From Candidatus Nomurabacteria bacterium (GTDB lineage Bacteria > Patescibacteriota > Minisyncoccia > Phycocordibacterales > SBAW01), in contig CALREW010000001.1 of NCBI GenBank assembly GCA_943356415.1, forward strand, positions 223,900 to 287,899: 64,000 bases of DNA, read 5' to 3'. Below the pieces are notes generated by a model. That model did not search any database, was not told where the DNA came from, and was given only the letters and a program-made list of their open reading frames with translations. Made by a program: the position numbers and the translations under genes. Shown here piece by piece: positions 54,561 to 64,000 of the stretch (positions are counted from its first letter, which is position 1; the number at the start of each line of letters is the position of its first letter).

Positions 54561-56564
54561 ATGGCAGGTCATCGCGCTCCCCGCGGGCGCGCTTCAGGTG
54601 CCGGCAACGGCGCGTCGCACACATCTGACAAGAGTGCTCCTCTCCCTCGAAAGAAAGAATTTGAGGGCATTATTGCCGTGAGCGCACGCGGCACTGGCTA
54701 CCTGACGTGGGAGGCAAGTGAGACGCTCGGCGATATCGAAATCCCGAAAGATAAACTCGCTCCGGCACTAAATGGCGACACCGTGCAGGTAAAAACCCTC
54801 ACGGTGGTTCAAGGCCGCATGCAAGGCGAAGTAACTAAGGTTATTGAGCGCGCAAAAGAAGCGTTCGTGGGTAATGTCGCCGAGCGTGACGGCATCCAAG
54901 TATTGGTACCCGATGACAAGCGAGTGTACTTGCCTATCCGTATTGAAACTGACAAAAAAATAATCCCAGGGACTAAAGTGTTGGTGCACCTTTCTGGGTG
55001 GGACGAAAAAGGACCAGTGGGATACATCGAAGAAGTCATCGGGCGCGCAGGAGAACACCGTGTCGAAATGAACGCAATTGTTCTTGAACACGGTTTTCGT
55101 ACTGACTTCCCTGCCGAAGTCGCGCGCGAAGCGCGCGAAATAGAAGAGAATCACACCCAAAGCATCGCTACAGAAGCGCCAAATCGCCTCGACTTCCGCG
55201 ACACCACCACCTTCACCATCGACCCAGTTGATGCCAAAGACTTTGACGACGCACTTTCAATCAAAGAACTGCCTGATGGTCTGTATGAAATAGGTATCCA
55301 TATCGCCGACGTAACCTTCTTTGTACGTCCCGGCATGGCGCTTGAAAACGAGGCGCGCAAACGCGCAACAAGTATCTATCTTGTTGATGCGACCATCCCC
55401 ATGCTTCCACATGAGCTTTCAGGAAACGTATGTTCATTGCGCGAAGCAGAAGACCGCCTCACCTATGCCGCCATTTTCATAGTAGATAAAGAAGGACGCG
55501 TAAAAGAACGCACCTTTGCTCGCACCATCATCAACTCAAACAAACGCTTCACCTACGAAGAGGCGCAAGGCGTACTCGATGCAAAGAAGGGTCCGTATCT
55601 GCACGAGCTCACGACGCTGCGCGATATTGCTCGCAAACTGAACGCACAGCGCAAACGTGAAGGCGCGATCGAGTTTGACCAAGACGAAGTAAAATTTGTC
55701 CTCGATGACCGAGGTGTTCCTATCAAAGTGGTACGCAAGGTGCGCATTGAGACCAACAGCCTTATCGAGGAGTTTATGTTGCTCGCAAACCGTGAAGTAG
55801 CCGCCTACGTCAGCAAACTTGCAGAGAAAGTGCCCGAGCAAAAAATGGCGTTTATTTACCGCATCCACGATATTCCAAAAGAAGATCGCATTGAAGAACT
55901 CTCGACGTACCTGCGCGCTATTGGCTACGAACTCGAAAAGAAAAAAGGTAAGCGTCTCACGGCTCGCGATATCAACGAACTATTTGCAGAAATAGCTGGC
56001 ACCCCCGAAGAGCAGCTTATCAAGACGGCTACCATCCGCTCTATGGCTAAAGCCATCTATTCGACGCGAAATATCGGACACTTCGGTCTCTCTTTCACGT
56101 ACTACACACACTTCACATCTCCCATCCGCCGCTATCCTGACATGTTGGTACATCGCGCACTCTCCACGCACCTGCACGGCGAGCCAATAGGCCGCGACGA
56201 ATACACGACACTCGAAAAGCTTGCGCTCCACTCTTCAGAACAAGAAGCGAAGGCGGTATCTGCAGAACGCGACTCCATCAAATACAAACAGGTTGAGTAT
56301 CTTGCACCGAAAATTGGTCAAACATTCGATGCGCTTGTTTCAGGCGTTGCCGACTGGGGCGTCTACGTTGAAGAAGCTGAATCAAAAGCCGACGGGCTTA
56401 TCCGTGTGCGCTCGCTTGGTGGTGATTATTTTCAGTACGACAAAAAGAAATACGCAATGGTGGGCTCGCGCACCGGCAAAAAGTTTAGTCTTGGTGACAA
56501 AGTAAAAGTAAAACTAATCGGTGCAGACCTCGCGACACGCCAACTTGAGTTCGCACTAGCTTAA
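54561..56564 (+). CDS. rnr: ribonuclease R
   Basis: Cold-shock/OB N-terminus, RNB catalytic domain (DFDDALS...) and S1 C-terminus. The ATG at 54561 is preferred to the ORF opening at 54459. Confidence 0.8.
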   Translation: MAGHRAPRGRASGAGNGASHTSDKSAPLPRKKEFEGIIAVSARGTGYLTWEASETLGDIEIPKDKLAPALNGDTVQVKTLTVVQGRMQGEVTKVIERAKEAFVGNVAERDGIQVLVPDDKRVYLPIRIETDKKIIPGTKVLVHLSGWDEKGPVGYIEEVIGRAGEHRVEMNAIVLEHGFRTDFPAEVAREAREIEENHTQSIATEAPNRLDFRDTTTFTIDPVDAKDFDDALSIKELPDGLYEIGIHIADVTFFVRPGMALENEARKRATSIYLVDATIPMLPHELSGNVCSLREAEDRLTYAAIFIVDKEGRVKERTFARTIINSNKRFTYEEAQGVLDAKKGPYLHELTTLRDIARKLNAQRKREGAIEFDQDEVKFVLDDRGVPIKVVRKVRIETNSLIEEFMLLANREVAAYVSKLAEKVPEQKMAFIYRIHDIPKEDRIEELSTYLRAIGYELEKKKGKRLTARDINELFAEIAGTPEEQLIKTATIRSMAKAIYSTRNIGHFGLSFTYYTHFTSPIRRYPDMLVHRALSTHLHGEPIGRDEYTTLEKLALHSSEQEAKAVSAERDSIKYKQVEYLAPKIGQTFDALVSGVADWGVYVEEAESKADGLIRVRSLGGDYFQYDKKKYAMVGSRTGKKFSLGDKVKVKLIGADLATRQLEFALA

Positions 56565-56627
56565 ACGAAAACGGAGGCCCTGCTGGGCCTCCGGGTTTGA
56601 GGAGGGGGTGAACGGAGGCGTTGCCGC

Positions 56628-56891
56628 CTAGTTCTTGGTGTTCTCGCCGCCGAGGTCCTCGATCGCAATGAGGACGCGCGAGGGGATCTCGTTGAGATCC
56701 TTGGGTCCGAGGGTCTCGGTGCCTGGGCTAGCCTCAGTGCCGCTGCTGAGCCAGCGCTTCAGGCTCCAGCTGCCATCCGGCTTGACCGTGCCGCGGTAGC
56801 TATAGTCGTTGACCGTAATGGCCACAGTCGTCCCACCGACGACTGGTGCGGCGGCCGCAGTGGCCAATCCGCTTGGTGATGCCTGTGTCAT
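56628..56891 (-). CDS. hypothetical protein (88 aa, G+C-rich)
   Basis: ATG 6 nt after AGGAAA; shares a bidirectional terminator with rnr. Confidence 0.35.
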   Translation of the reverse strand: MTQASPSGLATAAAAPVVGGTTVAITVNDYSYRGTVKPDGSWSLKRWLSSGTEASPGTETLGPKDLNEIPSRVLIAIEDLGGENTKN

Positions 56892-57089
56892 TTTCCTGAA
56901 TACTCCCCGTGGGAACTGCCGCGACCAGATGCGCGGTATTGTCATAGAACACCCGGGACGCAACGCTCGTCAAGACACTATTTGCGACACCTTCACCTTT
57001 TTGCTTTAGTTATCGTAGGTAGAGTAAGTTGCGTACGCGTCAAATGATTCAGTGAAAAGACCGGCCAAGGAGCCGGAAGGAGGTGACGC

Positions 57090-57368
57090 ATGTGCGTCGA
57101 CAACATACGAACGAGTACCCGGTTGCACATCAAGGTGCCTGGCGGAGTGACGGACGAGGTCTTCATCGACGTCCACACCTTTCTCGCATCTCGTGGAAAA
57201 GTAACCGAGAGTCAGCGTAGTGATCGGTACGACCCCAGTCTCATCATCGTGCAGTTCGATCATGAGCAGGACGAGCGTGAACTGATCGAAGCGCTACAGA
57301 TGGAACTGCGGACAAATCAGGGAGTTGATACTAATGTGGAAATTCAACCACCCCGCACGGCCGGATAA
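57090..57368 (+). CDS. hypothetical protein (92 aa, G+C-rich)
   Basis: AGGAGGTG 5 nt before the ATG; downstream GC hairpin. Confidence 0.4.
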   Translation: MCVDNIRTSTRLHIKVPGGVTDEVFIDVHTFLASRGKVTESQRSDRYDPSLIIVQFDHEQDERELIEALQMELRTNQGVDTNVEIQPPRTAG

Positions 57369-57428
57369 GCCGTTCCAAAGGGCCTGCCACCAAATCGATC
57401 CCCTTCGATCGGCAGGCCCTCAGCGCGT

Positions 57429-59681
57429 CTACTTTGCTACCGCCACCGCTTCCTCAAATTTCACCGACAATAATTTGGAGGCGCCCTCTGCACCCATCGT
57501 CACTCCATAAAGCACACTTGCACGAGACATCGTCTCGCGGTTATGAGTTATCACAATAAGTTGCGAGTGCTTCGCCAACGTTTCAATCATGTCACCGTAG
57601 CGGCGGCTGTTTGCCTCGTCGAGCGCAGCATCAGTTTCATCGAGTATCAAAAACGGTGGCGGGTTCACCTGGCTCATCGCGAAGATAAGCGCGATTGAAG
57701 TAAGTGCTCTCTCGCCACCCGAGAGCATGTGGAGGCCTTTGATACGCTTGTGCGGAAGCGAAACGCCAATTTCAATACCCTCTTCAATCTCCTCTTCGGG
57801 TTCTTCCTCCGGGGCATCCTCACCACCTTCTTCGGGTGCGCCTCGACGGCGCTTCGCTTCGCGAACCAAATTGAGGCTTGCCTCTCCACCGCCAAACATC
57901 ACTTTGAAAAACTCACTGAACGCATCGTTTACTTTTACGAGACCGGTATTGAAACGCGTCGTGAGCGTTGCGGTAAGTTCGTCAATAAGGCTACGCAGCG
58001 ATACTTGTGACGCGGCGAGGTCAGAGAGTTCGCGCTCAAGAAATTCATCGCGTTCTTTAGCTTCACGATGCTCTTTGAGTACCTCCTCCGAAGACGCACC
58101 TCCTTCGCTTTCGAGTTTTATTTTCATCTTCTCCAACTTGCGGCGACGCTCTTCCTGTACCGAGCGCTCCTCCGTCATCGCTTCAGCAGAAGACACCGGG
58201 TATTCCCCGTACGTCAAAAGCTCACGACCGATCAAGACAGCGCCTTCTTCTCGCTCCCGTTTAAAATCGTCTTCCTCACGAGAGAGCATCGCCTCCTTCG
58301 AGGAAATCGAGAGGATCGTTTGCTCTACCTCGCTGCGCTCGGTCATAAGGGTGAAGAGTTCTCGTTCAGCCTCACGTGCCCCTGCTTGCGCATCTTCCAT
58401 TTCTTTACGCATCGCTGAAACACGACTGCGTAGTGCCTTTTCTTCCTCTTCAGCCGAAGAGAGTTCTTTCGTAAGTTCGGTTATGCGCACTCTGCGCTCT
58501 TCAGCTTCTTTTGTTACCTGAGGCAATTCACCTGCTTCTTCTGGTTTTACCGACTGAGCAAAGCGCTCTGCGACGGAAAGTGCTTCAGTGACTGCGGCAG
58601 AAAGAAGTTCGAGTGTGCCCTTTTCACGGGCTTCCTTTAACCGACCAACAAGGTCAGAGAGAAACGTGCGCACTGACTTCAATGGCACCGTTGCAGCATC
58701 TTCATCTTGCGCGCGGCGAGAAAGCTCCGAGAGACGGCGAGAGAGAAACGCGTACTCGCCTTCAACGCGCGAAAGATCGCGAAGAAGACCCTCCTTGCGG
58801 TCACCCGCTTTACGCATGTCTGCCTCAAGCGCCATAACGGCAGAACTTCCCTTTGTTGCGGCTCCTGCTGCATCAAGTTCCGCACGTAGCGCAGAGATAC
58901 GATTGTCCATCGCTGCACGTTTAGTCTCTGGCTCGTGGCGCGCTTCTTTCAATTCCTCGCGACTATGGGTGAGATACAGGTCTTCGCGCCTCAAATACTC
59001 GCGGTACCGCTCTGAGAGTTCTGCACGCAAAATATTTACCTCTTCTATTTTCTTTACCTGGCGCTCAAGAAACCGCAGGTGTGGCGCAAGTTCGCGACGC
59101 AGGCTTTCAACCTGGCCCATATTTTCTCCAGTCTTCTGCAGTTTCCGTTCAGCTTCCTCACGCTTATAGAGATAGGCTTTAAGACCGAGCGCGTCCTCGA
59201 GCATTTCTCGGCGCTCGCGGTTAGTGGCAGAGAGAATGCGATCTGCTTCACCTTGGGAAATAATATGGTGTCCAGAAGCACCGATATTTGCCTGGGCCAA
59301 TAATTCTGCAATGTCACGCAAACGCACCGACGTACCATTAAGGAGATAGTCATTGACGCCATCACGATGAACGACACGCTCGATAGACACTTCATCAAAG
59401 TCGATATTGAAAAGACGGTCACCATTGTCAAAAAGTAGTTTTACCGCCGCACGATTGCCGCGAGGCACGAGTTTTGAGCCACCGAAAATAAGATCTTCGC
59501 CGCGCTTACCGCGCATGCTCTTCATTGACTGCTCGCCGAGTACAAAGCGGAAGCTCTCGGCAACGTTTGATTTGCCTGAACCGTTTGGACCCACAATCGA
59601 GGTGATAGTGGTTCCAAAATCGAGCGTTGTCTTTTTGGCGAACGACTTAAAGCCGTTAAGCTCTATGCTCTTGAGGCGCAT
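57429..59681 (-). CDS. smc: SMC-like chromosome partition ATPase (short, 750 aa)
   Basis: N-terminal Walker A (GPNGSGKSN), C-terminal signature LSGGE and Walker B, and a central coiled coil. No recognisable hinge. Confidence 0.7.
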   Translation of the reverse strand: MRLKSIELNGFKSFAKKTTLDFGTTITSIVGPNGSGKSNVAESFRFVLGEQSMKSMRGKRGEDLIFGGSKLVPRGNRAAVKLLFDNGDRLFNIDFDEVSIERVVHRDGVNDYLLNGTSVRLRDIAELLAQANIGASGHHIISQGEADRILSATNRERREMLEDALGLKAYLYKREEAERKLQKTGENMGQVESLRRELAPHLRFLERQVKKIEEVNILRAELSERYREYLRREDLYLTHSREELKEARHEPETKRAAMDNRISALRAELDAAGAATKGSSAVMALEADMRKAGDRKEGLLRDLSRVEGEYAFLSRRLSELSRRAQDEDAATVPLKSVRTFLSDLVGRLKEAREKGTLELLSAAVTEALSVAERFAQSVKPEEAGELPQVTKEAEERRVRITELTKELSSAEEEEKALRSRVSAMRKEMEDAQAGAREAERELFTLMTERSEVEQTILSISSKEAMLSREEDDFKREREEGAVLIGRELLTYGEYPVSSAEAMTEERSVQEERRRKLEKMKIKLESEGGASSEEVLKEHREAKERDEFLERELSDLAASQVSLRSLIDELTATLTTRFNTGLVKVNDAFSEFFKVMFGGGEASLNLVREAKRRRGAPEEGGEDAPEEEPEEEIEEGIEIGVSLPHKRIKGLHMLSGGERALTSIALIFAMSQVNPPPFLILDETDAALDEANSRRYGDMIETLAKHSQLIVITHNRETMSRASVLYGVTMGAEGASKLLSVKFEEAVAVAK

Positions 59682-59731
59682 TGCCCGCTATTGTAACAAA
59701 GAAAAAAGCCCCCTTGAGGGCCCTCTTCTGC

Positions 59732-60427
59732 CTACCAAGCTTTGGACTCTAAGGCATTCCGCGCCGCATCAGTCTCAGCCTCCTGCTTAGACTTGCCTTC
59801 TCCTTCTGCCACAAGCACCTCTTTCAAATAAACACCCACCACGAAACGTTTGTCGTGATCGGGACCAGTCTCGCGAATAGTTGCGTACGTAGGAGTCGCT
59901 CCTTCTTTGTCTTGTGCCTTCTCTTGGAAATGACTCTTCGGATCAAGCCACAGCTTTTTCTCAAGTATCTCTTCTATTTTGGTGAAGAGAACCTGCGAGA
60001 TAAAGCGGTCTGCAGCTTCAAAACCCTGATCAAGATAGACAGCCCCAACAAGTGCTTCAAAGGTATTCGCAAGCAAAAAGGCACGAGCGCGGCCAGTGTC
60101 TTTTGCTTCTCCCTTCGAGAGAAGTAAGTAGTCATTCATCTTGAGCGACGCTGCGGTCTCTGAGAGCGTGTTGGTGTTCACGAGAGCGCTACGCAGTGCC
60201 GTGAGGTCACCTTCGTTTTTTTCTGGAAATTTATTGTAGAGAAATGCGGTGGTCGCGAGCTCAAGAACCGCATCCCCTAAAAACTCAAGGCGCTCATTGT
60301 GTTCCAGCTTTTCAGAGCGGTGTTCGTTTAGGTATGAGCGGTGCGTAAACGCGCAACGCAAAAGCGCCTCGTCGCGAAAGACGAGGCCGACACTTCGTTC
60401 GAACTCACTAAAATCTTTATCGTTCAT
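59732..60427 (-). CDS. rnc: ribonuclease III
   Basis: ERLEFLGDAVLEL signature and a C-terminal dsRBD. Confidence 0.8.
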   Translation of the reverse strand: MNDKDFSEFERSVGLVFRDEALLRCAFTHRSYLNEHRSEKLEHNERLEFLGDAVLELATTAFLYNKFPEKNEGDLTALRSALVNTNTLSETAASLKMNDYLLLSKGEAKDTGRARAFLLANTFEALVGAVYLDQGFEAADRFISQVLFTKIEEILEKKLWLDPKSHFQEKAQDKEGATPTYATIRETGPDHDKRFVVGVYLKEVLVAEGEGKSKQEAETDAARNALESKAW

Positions 60428-60432
60428 ATCAA

Positions 60433-61380
60433 TTAGCGTTTCCGGTTCTTCGGTCGCTCAGTTACTCGAGGCATCTGAGAGGCCATCTCATCACCCACCA
60501 ACTTTCCCACCGCAAGCGTCACAATCGGCAACATGTCGCCGTAGAAGTTGAGATCGAGGCAATCTTTCACCTTAAACCAACGCGCATCATCGAGACCCCC
60601 TTTCTCTTCAAGCGTAATGTCGTCGTAGGGCGCTTCAGCCAAAAAGTATGTGACGTGTTTGCGCTTCTTTCCCACCTCTGGGTCTGACGCAATGTACTCG
60701 TTTTCTCCTATCTTCTCTTTCAACTCAACATCGAGCCCGAGTTCTTCTTTCATCTCGCGAATCGTTCCCTGCTCGATCGTCTCTCCTTCTTCAATCTTTC
60801 CTTTAGAGAGGGTCCAATGTCCGAAGATATCGTGAACGAGGGCCAGATAGACTTCGCCGTTATGGCGCGCGTATACCACTGCGCCACCGAGGTTTAGAAC
60901 GGGCATTTCCTCGTACGGAATTTCCTTTTTCTTTTTCTTGCTGGTCTCGTCTTTCCCAGGCTCGCCAAGTTCTTTGTACACCGCGCCAAGAACGCCGTTT
61001 ACAAACTTACCTGAAGTGTCTCCACCGTAACTTTTTGCCAGCTCTATCGCCTCATTGATGGCGACTTTTGCAGGCACTTGGTTTCGGTCTGAGAAAAGAA
61101 GCTCGTAGAGGCCGAGGCGCAATATATTGCGGTCGACCATAGCGATACGGTCGATAGGCCACTCAGGAGCGGCTTTTTCTATAACGAGATCGAGGTCCGG
61201 CCGGCGCGAAAGAATACCGCGCAGGAGTTCCTGCATAAACGGTACATCGCCTGCTTTAGGCGCGAACTCATTGGCATTGCGAATAAGCGCCTCGAGAGTT
61301 GCTTCCTGCGGCAATTCGCGGAAGTCCCACTCGAAGAGGGTTTGCATTACTACGGACCGTGAGAGGTGCCGATTCGCCAT
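60433..61380 (-). CDS. nusB: NusB-like antitermination domain fused to a Nudix hydrolase domain
   Basis: The N-terminal ~150 aa are NusB-like (R..AR..A.Q.L...). The C-terminal part carries a Nudix box (GKIEEGETIEQGTIREMKEELG). Confidence 0.6.
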   Translation of the reverse strand: MANRHLSRSVVMQTLFEWDFRELPQEATLEALIRNANEFAPKAGDVPFMQELLRGILSRRPDLDLVIEKAAPEWPIDRIAMVDRNILRLGLYELLFSDRNQVPAKVAINEAIELAKSYGGDTSGKFVNGVLGAVYKELGEPGKDETSKKKKKEIPYEEMPVLNLGGAVVYARHNGEVYLALVHDIFGHWTLSKGKIEEGETIEQGTIREMKEELGLDVELKEKIGENEYIASDPEVGKKRKHVTYFLAEAPYDDITLEEKGGLDDARWFKVKDCLDLNFYGDMLPIVTLAVGKLVGDEMASQMPRVTERPKNRKR

Positions 61381-61435
61381 GTCAATCAGTCAAAAGAGCG
61401 TTCAATGAACCTAATAGACCTGAAGGAGAACGGGG

Positions 61436-61660
61436 CTACTTCGCAGATTTCTTCGCTGCGCGCTTGATGGTCTTTGCGGCCTTTTTCGAGGCTGCACCGG
61501 CCATAGACTTACCGCGATACGAACCGCACGAAGGGCATGCACGATGGCGCATCGTTGGCGCTCCGCAGGAAGCACAATTCGCCACCGCAGCGGACACCAA
61601 CGCGTGGTGCGACCGGCGGTTGCGGGTATGAGCCCTGGTGTGGCGCATTCGGACTACCAT
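61436..61660 (-). CDS. rpmF: 50S ribosomal protein L32 (C4 zinc-ribbon form)
   Basis: MRHTRAHTRNRRSHHAL then C..C...C..C and a Lys-rich tail. The ORF opens at 61732 but the conserved start is near 61660. Confidence 0.6.
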   Translation of the reverse strand: MVVRMRHTRAHTRNRRSHHALVSAAVANCASCGAPTMRHRACPSCGSYRGKSMAGAASKKAAKTIKRAAKKSAK

Positions 61661-61805
61661 AAAGGGCACTATAGCCAAACCGTGCTTAAAACGCAACGCC
61701 AGACACCTGTATATGTTGTGAGGAAAAATCAATGCGCCGCCCGGAGGGGTCCGGACGGCGCGTGTAGGGCGGGCTTGGAGTCCGCTCTATATATTGTTGC
61801 CGAGC

Positions 61806-62066
61806 TCAGTGGCTCGGCGCGATGACAGGCGCCTTGACGCGCCGCAGCGCGAGGATATCTGGCGATGCCAGGGCGAAGTTGTCGCAAGTCTTGGGCGGCT
61901 TGTCGACATCAGCCCGTTTCCGGCAGCCAAACTTGCACTGCTTGCCGATGGTGACTTCGACACCATCGCAGCTCCTGCACGGCACATCGGGCGAAAACGC
62001 ACCGATGAAAAATGCAGTTGCCTTTTCGTCGACTGGCCCTGAGCCAGCGATCATACCCGTACTCAT
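61806..62066 (-). CDS. small four-Cys protein (C-x2-C...C-x3-C), DUF1289/YdhL-like? (G+C-rich)
   Basis: GGAGTG SD and ATG; PCRSCDG...CKFGC cysteine pattern. Confidence 0.35.
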   Translation of the reverse strand: MSTGMIAGSGPVDEKATAFFIGAFSPDVPCRSCDGVEVTIGKQCKFGCRKRADVDKPPKTCDNFALASPDILALRRVKAPVIAPSH

Positions 62067-62175
62067 CTCAGTTCACTCCCCAAACGCGATTGACACTTTT
62101 TTACAGCCCGCTTGTATCGCCTCAGCGACCTTCCCGAACTGCAAGCCTTAACTGTAGGCCGACAATTGGCCCTAG

Positions 62176-62769
62176 TCAACCGTGACAAAAACTCCGGCGG
62201 TGGATGTCGCAGAGACCAAATGTCCTCATAGCATCCTTATGTATTTTCGTCCCATACCCTTTGTGTATCTCAAATCCGTACTGCGGATACATAGAGGCAA
62301 ACCTTTTCATCAAACGGTCACGGCGTACTTTTGCCGCAATAGATGCAAGTGCAATCACTGGCTGAGACGCATCTCCACGAATAATGGTCTCCTGCCTTTT
62401 GTAATGGGAAGGTGCACGCAAGCCTCCATCTAGTAGTACGAGTGACTCCTCTGGGTCTGTATCGAGTCGCGACAGCGCACGATTGAGCGCTGACGTAACC
62501 GCCCAAACAATGCCACGACGGTCTATTACTTCGTTTGATGAATACTGGACTGAAAAACGGATGAGGCCACTTTGCTGCCAAGACTTCATGCGTCCGTACC
62601 ACTCCTCGCGCGCAGCTTCATTCAGCTGCTTACTATCACGCACGCCGGAGAGAAGTGTCTGATCAAAATGAGGCATCAAAAGTACCCCCCCTACTGAGAC
62701 AGGGCCGGCCAATGGGCCCCTACCTGCCTCATCAATCCCGATAAGATATGCCGCCACGCCTATAAGCAT
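62176..62769 (-). CDS. rnhB: ribonuclease HII
   Basis: IGIDEAGRGPLAGPV catalytic motif. The start at 62769 is preferred; the ORF opening at 62907 would overlap dnaE. Confidence 0.75.
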   Translation of the reverse strand: MLIGVAAYLIGIDEAGRGPLAGPVSVGGVLLMPHFDQTLLSGVRDSKQLNEAAREEWYGRMKSWQQSGLIRFSVQYSSNEVIDRRGIVWAVTSALNRALSRLDTDPEESLVLLDGGLRAPSHYKRQETIIRGDASQPVIALASIAAKVRRDRLMKRFASMYPQYGFEIHKGYGTKIHKDAMRTFGLCDIHRRSFCHG

Positions 62770-62802
62770 ACGTGACTTCGATGCTTCGACTATAATCGGG
62801 AC

Positions 62803-64000
62803 ATGTCTGGCTTTTCCCCGCTTCACGTCCACTCGCACTACTCCCTTCTTAAGGCGTTGCCTAAAGTTCCCAACCTTATCGCTAAAGCAAAGTCCGTCGG
62901 CGTCCACGCGCTTGCACTTACCGATATAGACAACCTCTACGGCGCCATCGAGTTTTACAAAGAGTGCAGAGAAGAGGACATCAAGCCTATTTTAGGTCTC
63001 GACGTAACATTGGAAGACAGAAAACGTCTTGTGCTTCTCGCTGAAAACAATACGGGGTACCAGAACTTGATGAGCATCGTGACGAAAACGCACGATGTTG
63101 AAGCAACTGGGGTACCACTTACGCCTCAGTTGCTAAGCGAACACAAAGATGGGCTGCTCGCGCTTGAAATAGCTACTGGTACGCCGGAGACATATCGTTC
63201 TATTTTTGATGCAAAAAATTGGTACGCCGCAGGCACTGTCGCACTGCCAGAAATTTACTACCTCGAACCAGATGACCGACGTGCGTGGGAAACAATATGT
63301 GCCATCGAACACCGCGGCGCACGCGACGAAGGCGGCATAACCTCAGGTGACGATGACTTCTACTTCCCTGCTGAAGCAGAAATGGAACGACGCTTCAGTC
63401 CTGAGCAACTCGCAAAAACAATCGAGGTAGCAGATAGGTGCGATGTCGAACTTACCATCGGCAAATTCATTTTCCCCGAATTTCCACTTCCGCCTGGCAA
63501 AACGACGGACGAACTGTTACGCGAACTCTGCCTCGAAGGACTCAAAGCCCGCGGTCTTACCGGCCGTGCTGACGTCCTCGAGCGTCTTGAATACGAGCTT
63601 GGCATCATCAAATTTAAAGGCTATGCCGCGTACTTCCTCGTGGTAGAAGACCTCATCCGTTTTGCGCGCGAACGCAATATCTACAACAACATCCGCGGAT
63701 CTGTCGCAGGCTCTATGACGACCTATCTGCTCCAAATTACGAAAATAGACCCACTCGAATATCAGATTCCCTTTGAGCGTTTCCTTAACCCTGAACGTCC
63801 ATCTGCGCCCGACGTTGATATGGACTTCGCCGACGATAGGCGTGACGAAGTGATTGAATACGCCAGAACTAAATACGGTGAAGATAAAGTTGCGCAGATA
63901 GGAACGTTCGGCACCATGCTCGCGCGCGGTGTCGTTCGCGACGTTGCGCGCGCGATGGGTTTCCCCTACGGCTTAGGTGACGCCATCGCAAAACAAATAC
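62803..64000 (+). CDS. dnaE: DNA polymerase III alpha subunit, 5' part (continues beyond the window)
   Basis: My own translation from the ATG at 62803 reads MSGFSPLHVHSHYSLLKAL...ALTDIDNLYG, the PHP domain. It is open to the window end and is not in the ORF track. Confidence 0.75.
   Translation, partial: MSGFSPLHVHSHYSLLKALPKVPNLIAKAKSVGVHALALTDIDNLYGAIEFYKECREEDIKPILGLDVTLEDRKRLVLLAENNTGYQNLMSIVTKTHDVEATGVPLTPQLLSEHKDGLLALEIATGTPETYRSIFDAKNWYAAGTVALPEIYYLEPDDRRAWETICAIEHRGARDEGGITSGDDDFYFPAEAEMERRFSPEQLAKTIEVADRCDVELTIGKFIFPEFPLPPGKTTDELLRELCLEGLKARGLTGRADVLERLEYELGIIKFKGYAAYFLVVEDLIRFARERNIYNNIRGSVAGSMTTYLLQITKIDPLEYQIPFERFLNPERPSAPDVDMDFADDRRDEVIEYARTKYGEDKVAQIGTFGTMLARGVVRDVARAMGFPYGLGDAIAKQI

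Overview
The window is about 64 kb of bacterial DNA. Its backbone reads like a small-genome, CPR/Patescibacteria-like organism, judged by eye at roughly 45-50% G+C (not computed), and core-gene order is intact. On the minus strand dnaG and rpoD are adjacent. Next comes a single 2284-aa fused rpoB-rpoC ORF, followed by an rpsP/KH-protein/trmD group, RNase R, an SMC-like gene, rnc, a NusB-Nudix fusion and rpmF. The window ends with rnhB and the start of dnaE. The backbone also carries nrdAB, hisS, truB, uppP, a sugar cluster (ROK glucokinase, GH5-like and GH1 hydrolases, archaeal cupin-type PGI), transporters, a PLD-family protein, and domain proteins (SET, SWIB, EVE, HD, NADAR, three Nudix). 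Embedded in it are about 19 gene-sized segments that look markedly G+C-richer (third codon positions almost all G/C). Each has its own Shine-Dalgarno sequence and a GC-stem/T-tract terminator, yet sits behind an AT-rich sigma70-like promoter. These segments encode PurD, PurC, PurB, PurK, a stand-alone IMP-cyclohydrolase domain, a GNAT, a Usg-like protein, a TPM lipoprotein and about ten proteins I cannot place. I found no rRNA, tRNA or CRISPR array. The most notable observations are the CDS-confined compositional mosaic, a contiguous 6-kb high-GC purine/unknown block, the rpoBC fusion, a 14-bp inverted repeat shared by the rpoD and cPGI promoters, a SET-SWIB-EVE gene trio, and a tightly overlapping PPC-Nudix-papain-like-Nudix operon. 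Several small or unannotated ORFs and an orphan terminator are also reported. All functional calls rest on motif recognition by reading the translations; no database search was possible.
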